This document shows positions 7,038-16,817 of a stretch of 60,723 bases of DNA, piece after piece. Both the position numbers and the translations under genes were made by a program. The DNA is from a virus. Lineage: Duplodnaviria > Caudoviricetes. The first letter of the stretch is position 1. Every line of letters begins with the position of its first letter. Location: the IMG/VR virus record IMGVR_UViG_3300027743_000005, positions 1 to 60,723 of that record; one strand, written 5' to 3'. Below the pieces are notes generated by a model. That model did no database searches. It saw only the letters and a list, made by a program, of their open reading frames with translations, and was not told where the DNA came from.

Positions 7038-7595
7038 TCAGCTGGCGACCACCTCCTCGGCAGGCACCTCGACGACCGGCGCGTCGACGACCGCGTCGGC
7101 CACAGGGGCGTCGACCACAGGGGCAGCCTTGGCCGCCTTCCGCGCCCGCTTGGGCTTGGGAGCGGCCAGGGTCCCGTCAGGCAGGACCCAGCCCTTGGCC
7201 GACCAGGTGAGCTGCTGGGACTTGTCGGCCCGACCGGCGGCGTCCACGATCAGGCCGTGAGCCTTCTCCCACTTCGCGATCTGGGCCGCGTCGTGGGTGA
7301 GCTTGGTGACGGGGTCGAAACGACCGGCGACCTTCTTCCCGGCGACCATGGTCATGGGGGAGAACTTCCGCTCACCGTTGCGGACCTGGTCCCAGCGGGT
7401 GAACCCGTCCACCTTCGCGGCCATCTGCGCGACGGCCAGCGCGTTCGTGGTCGGGCGCCCCATGACCAGGCAAAGCTGGCCATAGGTGGTCCAGAAGGGA
7501 CCCTCCGGGATGGACTCAAGGGCGGCGCGGACGGCCACCGTGTGGGCGTTGACCTTCACGGTCGGGACAGGGGAAACTGACTTCTTAGCAGGCAC
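7038..7595 (-). CDS. Alkyltransferase-like (ATL/MGMT DNA-binding fold) protein with Lys/Ala/Pro-rich tail
   Basis: IPEG..TTYGQL..MGRP...A.AVA...WDQVRN and HGLIVDAAGRAD resemble ATL motifs (IPEGxxxTYGxIA, PWHRVVN, EGV..D..GRVD). Confidence 0.6.
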   Translation of the reverse strand: MPAKKSVSPVPTVKVNAHTVAVRAALESIPEGPFWTTYGQLCLVMGRPTTNALAVAQMAAKVDGFTRWDQVRNGERKFSPMTMVAGKKVAGRFDPVTKLTHDAAQIAKWEKAHGLIVDAAGRADKSQQLTWSAKGWVLPDGTLAAPKPKRARKAAKAAPVVDAPVADAVVDAPVVEVPAEEVVAS

Positions 7596-7643
7596 TTTCG
7601 GTTCCTTTCGTGGCCCGAGCGGGGCGCCCGGGGTGATGTAGAA

Positions 7644-7673
7644 AGGATAGCCGGTCGGGCGGCGGTACCGCAA
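7644..7673 (-). promoter_or_regulatory. Leftward early promoter TTGCGG-N18-TATCCT
   Basis: Heads the leftward arm; same TTGCGGTACCGCCGCC as 4082-4097. Confidence 0.7.
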
Positions 7674-7852
7674 CCGATCGGGCGGATTAGGTCAGAGCTC
7701 CTAGCGATACCGCCCATCGGCGGGAACGATAGGGGGTGGTGGCGAACGGACGTTCGTGCCGGACCCGGCTCCGTGCTCACTACCTGCCTGCTACAGCCCA
7801 GTTTCCGACCCCCAACCTGCCGCCGCCCCGCGACGGGCGACCCCATCCGCAT

Positions 7853-7936
7853 CCGTATACGGGAACCCCCAGCGGTATACCGGAAGGGGCCTCCTAAGCC
7901 GTACACGTGTACGGGATGGAGGAGTACGGTATACGG
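7853..7936. promoter_or_regulatory. Cluster of GTA-TAC palindromes (putative operators) in the divergent control region
   Basis: CCGTATACGG 7853-7862, CGGTATACCG 7873-7882, CCGTACACGTGTACGG 7899-7914, CGGTATACGG 7927-7936. Confidence 0.6.
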
Positions 7937-7937
7937 C

Positions 7938-8333
7938 ATGAGTAGACCCCAGACGAAGGGGCCGCCGGTCGCCGTGCGGCTCACGCTCATGGCCATGGAG
8001 CGCGCCCAGGCGCGGGCCGACGACGCCGGGCTACCGCTGCGGCGGTGGGTGGAGGCGACCCTCGAACGGGCGCTTTTGCCTTCGGAGAAGGCCGACGTGG
8101 CAGACGCTAAGGGTAGGCACCCCACCACGAAGCGTGTGCAGTCGGCTACCGAGGCGGAAGACCCCGACGTCGCCCGGTTGACCACGCTGCGCGACTCGCT
8201 GACCGGGGTGGTGCCGCCCGACGACCCGCCGGACTGCGAGCACCCGCGCTCCGACGTGCGCGCCGGAGGCATTCGGGTATGCCGCGACTGCGGGGCCATC
8301 AAGGGCATCGGCGGCCTCTGGCGGGTGCCGTAG
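7938..8333 (+). CDS. Ribbon-helix-helix-like DNA-binding protein with C-terminal CxH...CxxC
   Basis: PVAVRL strand followed by amphipathic helices; CEHP...CRDCG. Confidence 0.6.
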   Translation: MSRPQTKGPPVAVRLTLMAMERAQARADDAGLPLRRWVEATLERALLPSEKADVADAKGRHPTTKRVQSATEAEDPDVARLTTLRDSLTGVVPPDDPPDCEHPRSDVRAGGIRVCRDCGAIKGIGGLWRVP

Positions 8334-8387
8334 GGGGCCACCCGTAGGGAGAAGGTGCCGCAGCTTCGCGGCGGGTAAGGTGCGGTC

Positions 8388-8579
8388 GTGCCGATGCCGT
8401 CGAAGGGGACCAGACGCCGCTTGACTGTGCGGGTGCCGATCGACACCTACCTCGGTGCCGCCCGGGCCGCGGCCGCCCGGGGGTGGTCGATGACCGGCTA
8501 CGCCTCCTACGCCCTGGGCGAGCAACTCAAGCGCGACGCCAGCGCCACCACCCGTCTGGAGCAGACCAACAGTGGATGA
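8388..8579 (+). CDS. Ribbon-helix-helix protein
   Basis: RRLTVRVP...AAAARGWSMTGYASYAL pattern. Confidence 0.65.
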   Translation: MPMPSKGTRRRLTVRVPIDTYLGAARAAAARGWSMTGYASYALGEQLKRDASATTRLEQTNSG

Positions 8580-9087
8580 CGCCACCCGGGCCGAGGAACT
8601 GGCGATGTACGACCCCGGCGAGGCCCGGGGGCCGTCGCGCCGGGAGCGCTCGGGCAACGCCGCCGTCGCCCTGCGCCTGGCCGGGGCCAGCTACGCCGAG
8701 ATCGCCGACGCCCTGGCCTTCGCCGACGCCAAGGCCGCCCGCAGCGCGGTGGAGACGACGCTGGCCGCCAGCGCCACCGCGCACTGCCGCGAGCAGCTGC
8801 GCTCCGAGGAGGCCGGGCGCCTGGAGCGCCTGTTGCGGGGGGTGTGGGGCAAGGCCACCAACCCCGACCACGCCGAGCACCTCCCGGCGGCCAAGGTGGC
8901 GCTCGCCATCATCGACCGCCACGTGCGCCTGTACGGGCTGGACGCCCCCGCCGAGGTGGTGGTCCACTCGCCCACCACCGCCGAGATCGACTCCTGGGTG
9001 GCGGGCATGACGGCCACGTCGCTGGCCGACCTGCGGGCGCTGGAGGCCACCGTCGTGGACACCGAGTCCTCCGTTGTCGACGCCTGA
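8572..9087 (+). CDS. terS: Terminase small subunit (HTH)
   Basis: ALRLAGASYAEIADAL HTH; RLYGLDAP motif; upstream of TerL. Confidence 0.75.
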   Translation: MDDATRAEELAMYDPGEARGPSRRERSGNAAVALRLAGASYAEIADALAFADAKAARSAVETTLAASATAHCREQLRSEEAGRLERLLRGVWGKATNPDHAEHLPAAKVALAIIDRHVRLYGLDAPAEVVVHSPTTAEIDSWVAGMTATSLADLRALEATVVDTESSVVDA

Positions 9088-9427
9088 TGAGCACCTGCCC
9101 GGCGTGGTCGACGGCGACGACCTGCAAGCGTGGATCGACGGGCGCCTCGACGCCGCCACCGACCGGGTCCGGTACTGGCGCTACCGGGTGCTGGGCGGGG
9201 ACCCGTCCACCATCGTGAGCCAGCTGCCGGGGCGGCGCCGGGTGTCGATGGAGGTACCGCTGGGCGAGTTCGTCATCCTCCGCGACCACGCCAAGCGCCG
9301 GGACCTGACGGTGGTGCGGTTCATGCGGGCGGCCACCGCCTACGCCCTGATGATGGAGGGGGTGCCGCCCGAGCAGCGGGAGTGGCTGGGGCACTATGGC
9401 ATCTGGGCACCCGAGGAGGCACCATGA
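9074..9427 (+). CDS. Hypothetical protein (possible RHH in C-terminal half)
   Basis: Lies between terS and terL; ATGA coupling to terL. Confidence 0.6.
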   Translation: MSTPDEHLPGVVDGDDLQAWIDGRLDAATDRVRYWRYRVLGGDPSTIVSQLPGRRRVSMEVPLGEFVILRDHAKRRDLTVVRFMRAATAYALMMEGVPPEQREWLGHYGIWAPEEAP

Positions 9428-10809
9428 CCACCGCCGTCGACCCGCAGGCGTACAAGGGGTGGTCCCCGGCGGCCCAGGCCAAGGCCCTGGAGAAGCTCCA
9501 GGCCGCCCGCAACGAGGCGTGGCGCCCGTTCTACTGCCCCGATGCGGCCTGCAACGGCAAGCCCCACGACGTGTGGGAGTGGAACCACGCCCGGGCCGAC
9601 CAGCGCCCGCCCACCGACGCCGACTGGCTGGTGTGGCTGCTGAAGTCGGGCCGGGGCGCCGGGAAGACCCGGGCCGGGTCGGAGTACACGCACCGCATGG
9701 CCAACGTGACCCACCGCCTGGCCATCGTGGGGGCCACCGGCGCCGACGTGCGCGACATCATGCTCGAAGGCGAAAGCGGCCTGCTGACCATCGCCGCCCC
9801 CGACTTCCGCCCCGCCTACGAGCCGTCCAAGCGACGGCTGACGTGGCCCAACGGCGCCGTGGGGACGACGTATTCGGCCGAGGAACCCGACCGCCTGCGC
9901 GGCCCCGAGCACGGCTACGCCTGGATCGACGAACCGGCCCACTGGGCCCTGATCCAGGAGGCGTGGGACAACCTGCTGTTCGGCCTGCGGATCGGGCGCC
10001 GCCCCCGCATCTGCGCCACCACCACGCCCAAGCCCCGCAAGTGGATGAAGGAGGTCACCGCCGACCCCCGCACGCGCCTGGCCACCGCCAGCACCTACGA
10101 CAACATCGACAACCTGGCGCCGACCTTCGCCGAGATCGTCATCGCCCGCTACGAGGGCACCCGCCTGGGGCGCCAGGAGATTCACGGCGAGCTGCTCGAC
10201 GACATCGAGGGCGCGCTGTGGACGTATGACCTCATCGAACCCGACCGCCTGCCCTTCGCCCCCGAGCTGACCCGCGTGGTGGTGGCGGTGGACCCCGCCG
10301 GTACCGCCAACAAGACCTCCGACGAGACCGGCATCATCGTCGTCGGCTTCCTGGAGGGCCATCTCTACGTGCTGGCCGACCGCAGCGGGCGCTACTCGCC
10401 GCTGGGGTGGGCCAAGGCCGTCGACGCCGTCTACGACGAGTTCGCCGCCGACGCCGTGGTCGCCGAGAAGAACTACGGCGGCGACATGGTGCGCCACACG
10501 TTGCAGTCGGCCGGTGTCACCAAGCGGATCATCCTGGTCACGTCACGGCGGGGCAAGGCCATCCGGGCCGAGCCGATCGTGGGGGTCTACGAGCAGCACA
10601 AGGTCCACCACGTCGGCATCTTCCCTGAGCTCGAGGAGGAGATGACCTCCTGGCGGCCGTATGAGGACAACTTCAGCCCCAACCGCCTCGACGCCCTGGT
10701 CCACGGCGCGACGAACCTGCTCGGGCGCCACGCCCGCGCCGACATCGCCACGCCTGCGTCGCTGCGCCAGCGGGCGGAGTCGGCCGGGCTGAGTGTGGTG
10801 GCGTCGTGA
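9424..10809 (+). CDS. terL: Terminase large subunit
   Basis: GRGAGKT Walker A, LRGP..AWIDE Walker B, TTTP, VAVDPA nuclease motif, DETGI, NRLDAL. Confidence 0.96.
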   Translation: MTTAVDPQAYKGWSPAAQAKALEKLQAARNEAWRPFYCPDAACNGKPHDVWEWNHARADQRPPTDADWLVWLLKSGRGAGKTRAGSEYTHRMANVTHRLAIVGATGADVRDIMLEGESGLLTIAAPDFRPAYEPSKRRLTWPNGAVGTTYSAEEPDRLRGPEHGYAWIDEPAHWALIQEAWDNLLFGLRIGRRPRICATTTPKPRKWMKEVTADPRTRLATASTYDNIDNLAPTFAEIVIARYEGTRLGRQEIHGELLDDIEGALWTYDLIEPDRLPFAPELTRVVVAVDPAGTANKTSDETGIIVVGFLEGHLYVLADRSGRYSPLGWAKAVDAVYDEFAADAVVAEKNYGGDMVRHTLQSAGVTKRIILVTSRRGKAIRAEPIVGVYEQHKVHHVGIFPELEEEMTSWRPYEDNFSPNRLDALVHGATNLLGRHARADIATPASLRQRAESAGLSVVAS

Positions 10810-10984
10810 CTACGACTGCGACTGTGACTGGCCGGGGCGCTCCCGCTGCTCCCGCTCACGCTGCTCGCGCTCGCGGCGCTCGTCGGGCGTCTCGTTGGGG
10901 TCGGGCGTCTGCGGGGTCTGCTGTTCGCTCATGCCCGCTGCGTTCCCGCCTGGCCGTGAACCATACGCCGGGGGTGTGACACAG

Positions 10985-11329
10985 ATGCTGGCCGACGTCA
11001 CCGTCACGCTCGACCAGCCCGTCACCATCGTCGCCGCCTTCGTGGTCGGCGTGCTGGCCGTGGCCCGGGCCACCCGTCTGCTCATCGACGACGACTTCCC
11101 GCCGATCGTGAAAGTTCGCGAGTTCTACGTGTCCCACGTCCCTACAAGGTGGGAGGGTCTGGCCGAGTGCCCCTGGTGCATCTCGCCGTGGCTGTCGCTC
11201 ATCGACCTGGCGTGGGCGTGGGGCACGGGATTGCACTGGACGTGGTGGTTCGCCAACACGTGGTTCGCGGTGGCGTGGCTGGCGGCGTTCCTGTGCGCCC
11301 GCGACATTCCCCCCGACGCGAGGGGCTGA
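10985..11329 (+). CDS. Membrane protein (DUF1360-like)
   Basis: ARATRLLIDD...CPWCISPW; hydrophobic segments; located before the portal. Confidence 0.75.
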   Translation: MLADVTVTLDQPVTIVAAFVVGVLAVARATRLLIDDDFPPIVKVREFYVSHVPTRWEGLAECPWCISPWLSLIDLAWAWGTGLHWTWWFANTWFAVAWLAAFLCARDIPPDARG

Positions 11330-11466
11330 TGTTCGGCTGGTGGCGGTGGCGCCGGTACCAGCGTCAGTGTCCCCATCCCTCGTGGGCCATCCGCTTCATC
11401 CACGGCGACGAACGGTTCATGGGCTACGCCAGCCAGTGCACGGCGTGCGGGAAGCTGTTCCGGTGA
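11329..11466 (+). CDS. Small Zn-ribbon protein
   Basis: CPH...IHGDE...CTACGK; coupled overlaps. Confidence 0.6.
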   Translation: MFGWWRWRRYQRQCPHPSWAIRFIHGDERFMGYASQCTACGKLFR

Positions 11467-12098
11467 GGCTGCTCGACCTGTTCTGCGGGGCGGGCGGGGC
11501 GTCGGTGGGCTACGCCCGAGCGGGCTTCGAGGTGGTGGGCGTGGACCACGTCGACCAGCCCCGCTACCCCTACGACTTCATCCGCGCCGACGCCCTCGCC
11601 ATTCTCAGGCGCCCTGAGTTCCTGGCCGACTTCGACGTCGTCCACGCCTCGCCGCCGTGTCAGGCATGGTCGGCCTACCGGCGCCGCCGGGGCGTGAACC
11701 GCAACGCCGTCGACCTCATCTGGATCACCCGGCGGATGCTCATGGCCCGGGCCAACGTGTGGGTGATCGAGAACGTCCCCGGTGCCCCGCTCGTCAATCC
11801 GGTGCAGCTGTGCGGGTCGAGCTTCGGCCTGTACGTGCGGCGTCACCGCCTGTTCGAGTCCAACGTCGCCCTGGTCGGCTCGGTGTGCAGCCATCCCCGC
11901 GAGCGCGCCTTCCCCCCGGCCAGCAACCGGCCCAACCCCCGCTTCACCGTCGAGGTCGGCACCTACCGGGTGCGCCGGGAGCTGAGCGCGGCGGCGATGG
12001 GCACACACTGGATGACCGGCGACGAGATGACCCAGGCCATCCCGCCCGCCTACACCGCCTTCCTCGGCGAACAACTACTCGGTGCCCTGACGGCCTGA
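11463..12098 (+). CDS. Short C5-cytosine DNA methyltransferase
   Basis: LLDLFCGAGG (I), HASPPCQ (IV), IENV (VI), RRHRLF (VIII), QAIPPAY (X). Confidence 0.9.
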   Translation: MRLLDLFCGAGGASVGYARAGFEVVGVDHVDQPRYPYDFIRADALAILRRPEFLADFDVVHASPPCQAWSAYRRRRGVNRNAVDLIWITRRMLMARANVWVIENVPGAPLVNPVQLCGSSFGLYVRRHRLFESNVALVGSVCSHPRERAFPPASNRPNPRFTVEVGTYRVRRELSAAAMGTHWMTGDEMTQAIPPAYTAFLGEQLLGALTA

Positions 12099-12123
12099 GC
12101 GTCGGGTCTACGCTCGTCGCCCA

Positions 12124-13923
12124 ATGGCGCGCACCCGGACACCGGAAGCGCCGCTGAAGGTTCCCAGCGGCTTCGTGGCCTCGGCCGTGCGACTCCCCAC
12201 TTCCTCGCGGAACATGGCGGGCCGTCCCGAGGGATGGCAGAACCAGGCGTGGAACTTCTGGGAGACGACGGGTGAGTTGCGCTATGTGGCGCAATGGACC
12301 GGCAACGTCCTGTCCCGGGCCAACCTCGTCCCGGCCAAGCGTGAGGGCCGGATGCTGGTGCCCATCATGGACGCCAAGGACCCGGCCACCGAGGCGATGG
12401 AAGCGCTGTACGGCGGGCCACAGGGCCAGGCCCAGATGCTCCAGCTGTTCGGCATCCACACGACCGTCGCCGGTGAGGTCTACATCGTCAACCGCGCCGC
12501 CCGCGACGACTGGAACTGCCTGGCTGCCGGGAAGGTCACCCAGCTCGGCAACGGCGCATCGGGCACGGTGCGCCTCCAGGCCGACTTCGGCACCGAGGGC
12601 GGGCCGGAGTCGCTCAGCCCCCAGGACCTCGTCATCCGCACCTGGACGCCGCATCCCCGCGACCCCACCCGGCCCGACAGTCCGGTACGGGCCAACCTGA
12701 ACACCCTCGGGCAGATTCGCAGCTACGACGCCCACATCAACGCCCAGGTCCGGTCCCGCCTGGCGGGCAACGGCATCCTGTTCCTGTCCAACGAGGTCGA
12801 CTTCCCGGTCCCCGCGGGCGCCGACCCTGCCGCCTCCCCGGCCACGCACTTCATGAAGATGCTGGCCGAGGCGATGATGACGCCGATCGAGAACCCCGAG
12901 GACCCCTCGGCGCTCGTGCCCATCGTGGCGATGGTCCCGACCGACTCGCTCGGCAAGAACGAGTGGATCAAGTTCTGGACCGACCTGGACGAGAAGGTCG
13001 TCGAGATGCGCGACGCCGCCATCAAGCGGCTGGCGCTCGGCCTCGACGTACCGCCCGAGGTCCTGCTGGGCGTTGCCGACGCCAACCACTGGAACGCCTG
13101 GCTGAGCGAGGAGTCCGCCGTCAAGGCCCACCTGGAGCCGAAGCTCGCCATCATCGCCTACGCCCTGACCGAGCAGTATCTGCAACCGGCGTTGAAGGGA
13201 CTCGTCCCCGACGCCGAGGACTACTTCGTCATCGCCGACACGTCCGGCATCCGTCTGCGGCCCAACCGGAGCCAGGAAGCCATCGAGCTCTACGACCGGG
13301 GCGAGCTGAGTGGCATCGCCCTGCGCCGGGAGACGGGCTTCCAGCAGGAGGACGCGCCGGGCGACGAGCAGGTGCGTATCTGGTTGCTGCGGAAGATCGC
13401 TACGGGTTCCACCAGCCCGGAGCAGACCCAGGCCGCGCTTCACCTCCTCGGAGCCGACTTGGGTCTGCTCCCCGACTCGGGAGCCAACCGACCGCCGCCC
13501 GACGACCAGCGAACCGACGTCACGCCCGAGCTGCCCAACCGCAACCCGCCGTCGCGCCGTCGGGCCGAGGAGCGCGCCACCCGGGAGCAGTCGAGCCTGG
13601 CGGCGGCGTGCGACGTGCTCGTGTACCGCGCGCTGGAGCGCGCCGGGAACCGCCTCCGCAACGCTCATCCCCGTACCGACACGACGAAGATGGCGCCCAC
13701 CGACGTCTACAAGCACCTGGCCGGTGATCCCGACCATCTGCTCGCCGGGGCGTGGGACTGCGCCTTCGCCGTGCTGGAGCCGTACACCGACGACGCCGAT
13801 GGCGTCATCGCCACGCTCGACTTCTACGTGCGAGGGTTGCTGGGGAGCCACCGCGACCACAGCCAGGTCGTGATGGCGGCGCTCATCGGTTCCCGGCCGG
13901 TGGCGCTGGCCCCCGTCGAATAG
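12124..13923 (+). CDS. Portal protein
   Basis: 599 aa after TerL; GELRY, SRLAGNGILF and RLALGLDVPPEVLLG..NHW motifs of actinophage portals. Confidence 0.9.
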   Translation: MARTRTPEAPLKVPSGFVASAVRLPTSSRNMAGRPEGWQNQAWNFWETTGELRYVAQWTGNVLSRANLVPAKREGRMLVPIMDAKDPATEAMEALYGGPQGQAQMLQLFGIHTTVAGEVYIVNRAARDDWNCLAAGKVTQLGNGASGTVRLQADFGTEGGPESLSPQDLVIRTWTPHPRDPTRPDSPVRANLNTLGQIRSYDAHINAQVRSRLAGNGILFLSNEVDFPVPAGADPAASPATHFMKMLAEAMMTPIENPEDPSALVPIVAMVPTDSLGKNEWIKFWTDLDEKVVEMRDAAIKRLALGLDVPPEVLLGVADANHWNAWLSEESAVKAHLEPKLAIIAYALTEQYLQPALKGLVPDAEDYFVIADTSGIRLRPNRSQEAIELYDRGELSGIALRRETGFQQEDAPGDEQVRIWLLRKIATGSTSPEQTQAALHLLGADLGLLPDSGANRPPPDDQRTDVTPELPNRNPPSRRRAEERATREQSSLAAACDVLVYRALERAGNRLRNAHPRTDTTKMAPTDVYKHLAGDPDHLLAGAWDCAFAVLEPYTDDADGVIATLDFYVRGLLGSHRDHSQVVMAALIGSRPVALAPVE

Positions 13924-13931
13924 GAGGCGTG

Positions 13932-16289
13932 ATGGACAACGACAGGGCCGTGCGCCGCATCACGCCGATGGTCACCCGCGCCATCGGCGCGACCGAAGCG
14001 GAGGAGCGCCGCGCCGCCCTCCACCTCATCGCCGAGGAACTGTTCGCCTCGGCGTGGGACGAACTCGATCCGTCCAGCGGACCCGAGGACATTCAGGGCG
14101 AGGTCGACCGCTTCGCCGCCTCCATCATCGGCGCCGTGGACGCCACCACCGACGAGTCCGATCCCGAACTCGTCGCGCAGTGGATCGTCACCGCTGCCAT
14201 CAACGCCGCCACCGTCGCCGCCGCCGAACCCGGCGCCCGCTTCATCTGGCGCACGATGCAGGACGACCGCGTGCGTGAGATGCACGTGCCGCTGCACGGC
14301 ACGACCACCGCCGCCGGTGTGCCCTTCGACGTCGGCGGCTACCCGCTGATGTACCCCGGTCAGCCGGTCGGTCCGCCCGACGTGTGGATCAACTGCCGGT
14401 GCCGCCTCGACGTGGCCGCGTCCGACCAACTGGCCGCCGCTGCCGGACCCAGCGACGGCATCGCCGTCGTAGCGCGCGTGGCCGACGCCGATCGTCTCGC
14501 CGTCGCAGGAGGGCTGCCGCCCGAGGGCCTGCACGCCACCCTCGGCTTCTTCGGCCACACCGGCGAGCAGTCGCAGCAATTGCGCGAGACGCTGGCGCAT
14601 TGGGTCAGCAACCAGTCGCTGATGGCCGAGGCCAGCGTCGGCGGCGTGGCCCGCATGGGCGACGACGACCCGCAGGCGACGGTGCTGCTGTTGGAGTCGC
14701 CCGAGTTGGAAGCGCTGCGCCGCTCGCTCGAAGGCGTGGCCACGCCCGACGGCAAGCATCCGCACTTCACCCCGCACATGACGCTCGGCTACGGCATCGA
14801 CCCGCCCGACAGCGCGCCGCGCTCGGTCATGCTCGACGGCGTGGAGCTGTGGTGGGGCGACGATCACGTGACCGCCGCCATCTCCGAGGAGCCGTGGTCG
14901 AAGTGGTCAGCCGCTGACTATTCCATCGAGCAGTGGCACAGGGCCTGTCTCATCCATCTGCACAGCGGCGCGCCCACGTCCAAGGGCGAGTGCAAGCTTC
15001 CGGTGCGGACCCCGACCGGGACCGTGAACCGGGCCGGTGTTCACGCCGCCGCGGCTGCTCTGGCTGGCGCCCGCGGCGGCGTGAACGCACCCGCTGAGCA
15101 GAAGGCCAAGGCCCGCCGGGCGCTGCGTGGCCTCTACTCGCAGCTGAAGGAAGAGCCGCCCGACTCGCTCGCCGCCTCCCTCGATGACGAGGCCCTCGTG
15201 GCGGTAGGCCCGGTGAACACCCACGACGCCCCGGGCTGGATCACCAACCCGCGCGAGACGCAGCGCTTGCGGACGTACTGGACACGCGGCAAGGGCGTGG
15301 CCAAGATCGGCTGGGGCGCGCCCGGCGACTTCAACCGCTGCCGCCGCCAGCTGGGCAAGTACATCCACAACAAGGCGTACCTGGACGGCACCTGCGCCAA
15401 CCTGCACTACGTCGCCCTCGGCTTCTGGCCCAACCAGGGTCCGCACAAGGGCAAGCACGGCCATCGTGGGCATCGCCTGTCGGCCGCCGCTCTCGAACCC
15501 ATCGACGTCCAGCTCGACTCGCCCGAGCTACTAGCTGTGCTCGCCGCCTTCTCAGCGGCCGACGAACTGGAGGACACCATGCTCCCGCCCATCGAATGGT
15601 TCCAGGACCCCGGATTCGACGGCCCCATGCCGCTGACCATCTCGGCCGACGGTCAGGTCAGCGGCCACCTGGCGACGTGGGACACCTGCCACGTCGGCAT
15701 CGACAAGCAGTGCGTCACGGCGCCGCGCTCGACCCACGACTACGCCTACTTCCGCACCGGCGAGGTCGAGACGGCGGGCGGCCCGGTGTCGGTCGGCAAC
15801 ATCACCATGAACACCGGCCACGCCGGGGACGACCTCAGCCCCAACGAGACGGTGCGCCACTACGACCACACCGGCACGGTCGTGGCCGACGTCGCCGCGG
15901 GCGAGGACCAGTTCGGCATCTGGGTCGCGGGCGCCACGCGTCCCGGCGTCACCGAGGCCCAGGTCCACGCCGTCAAGGCGGGAGCGCTCTCGGGCGACTG
16001 GCGGCGCATCGCTGGCAACCTCGAGCTGGTGGGAGCGCTGGTGGTGAACGTCCCCGGCTTTCCCATCCCCCGCGTGTCGATGGCGGCCTCGGGCGACATG
16101 GTTCTGTCGCTCACGGCGGCGGCCATCGTGACCGTCGATCCCAACGTCAGCTACGGCCGTATCGAGCTGGTCGTGGAGAAGGGCGTCACCGCCGCGCTGG
16201 ACAAGCGGGACCGCCACGCCCGCGCCGCCCGGATCACCGACGCCCTCCGCGCCGAGCGTGCCCGTCGCCTGCTCGAAACCGTAGGGTGA
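13932..16289 (+). CDS. Multidomain head protein: MuF-like + 2H phosphoesterase + two small domains + capsid maturation protease
   Basis: WRTMQDDRVR..H...YPG.P..PP...INCRC (MuF); LHATLGF and PHMTLGY (two HxT motifs); GHLATWDTCH...LSGDWR...VNVPGFP (protease). Confidence 0.85.
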   Translation: MDNDRAVRRITPMVTRAIGATEAEERRAALHLIAEELFASAWDELDPSSGPEDIQGEVDRFAASIIGAVDATTDESDPELVAQWIVTAAINAATVAAAEPGARFIWRTMQDDRVREMHVPLHGTTTAAGVPFDVGGYPLMYPGQPVGPPDVWINCRCRLDVAASDQLAAAAGPSDGIAVVARVADADRLAVAGGLPPEGLHATLGFFGHTGEQSQQLRETLAHWVSNQSLMAEASVGGVARMGDDDPQATVLLLESPELEALRRSLEGVATPDGKHPHFTPHMTLGYGIDPPDSAPRSVMLDGVELWWGDDHVTAAISEEPWSKWSAADYSIEQWHRACLIHLHSGAPTSKGECKLPVRTPTGTVNRAGVHAAAAALAGARGGVNAPAEQKAKARRALRGLYSQLKEEPPDSLAASLDDEALVAVGPVNTHDAPGWITNPRETQRLRTYWTRGKGVAKIGWGAPGDFNRCRRQLGKYIHNKAYLDGTCANLHYVALGFWPNQGPHKGKHGHRGHRLSAAALEPIDVQLDSPELLAVLAAFSAADELEDTMLPPIEWFQDPGFDGPMPLTISADGQVSGHLATWDTCHVGIDKQCVTAPRSTHDYAYFRTGEVETAGGPVSVGNITMNTGHAGDDLSPNETVRHYDHTGTVVADVAAGEDQFGIWVAGATRPGVTEAQVHAVKAGALSGDWRRIAGNLELVGALVVNVPGFPIPRVSMAASGDMVLSLTAAAIVTVDPNVSYGRIELVVEKGVTAALDKRDRHARAARITDALRAERARRLLETVG

Positions 16290-16293
16290 GCCG

Positions 16294-16431
16294 ATGGGTT
16301 GCGGCTGCGGCAAGAAGCGTGTCTACATCGTGACGACCAAGGCGGGCGCGACCAAGCAGGTCGACTCGCTGTCGGCGGCGCTGGCCGTCGTGCGGGCCGA
16401 GGGCGGCCGGTACCAACTCGCCAAGGTCTAG
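16294..16431 (+). CDS. Small MGCGCG protein typical of actinophage head regions
   Basis: MGCGCGKKRVYIV...AVVRAEGGRY; below the ORF-track cutoff. Confidence 0.7.
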   Translation: MGCGCGKKRVYIVTTKAGATKQVDSLSAALAVVRAEGGRYQLAKV

Positions 16432-16701
16432 ATGCTCCAGCTCATCCGGCGACTGGCGCTGCCGATCGCCGTGACGAGCCTTGTGGTCAACGCCCTCATG
16501 CTCATGGCTTCGGCCGTCATCTGGATCATGGCGGCCATGAACGGCTGGCTCGACAAGGTGGAGTTCGTCAGCCACGTCTCGATGCTGGCCCTGGTGTTCG
16601 CTGCCGTGAGCGGTGTGGCCGCCGCCCTGGCGGGGATGCTGGCGCTCATGCCGACGCCTGAGCTGGAGGAGAAGCTTGCCCCCGGGGATGACTCTGCGTA
16701 G
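16432..16701 (+). CDS. Two-TM membrane protein
   Basis: Two long hydrophobic stretches. Confidence 0.6.
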   Translation: MLQLIRRLALPIAVTSLVVNALMLMASAVIWIMAAMNGWLDKVEFVSHVSMLALVFAAVSGVAAALAGMLALMPTPELEEKLAPGDDSA

Positions 16702-16817
16702 AGTCCCGCCCAGCAACCCGCCCGGTTCAGAGCGAAGCTCCCGAGCGTCCAGGCCCCGAAGGGCCGGTGTGGTTGGCGGTTCCCCCTGTCCACCCTCGGA
16801 ACCCGTCGGAGGCCCTC

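Noticed and set aside
10810-10932. 40-aa antisense ORF (EREQRE repeats) between terL and the membrane gene
   Set aside because: It fills the gap neatly but is low-complexity with a weak SD; not enough support to call.
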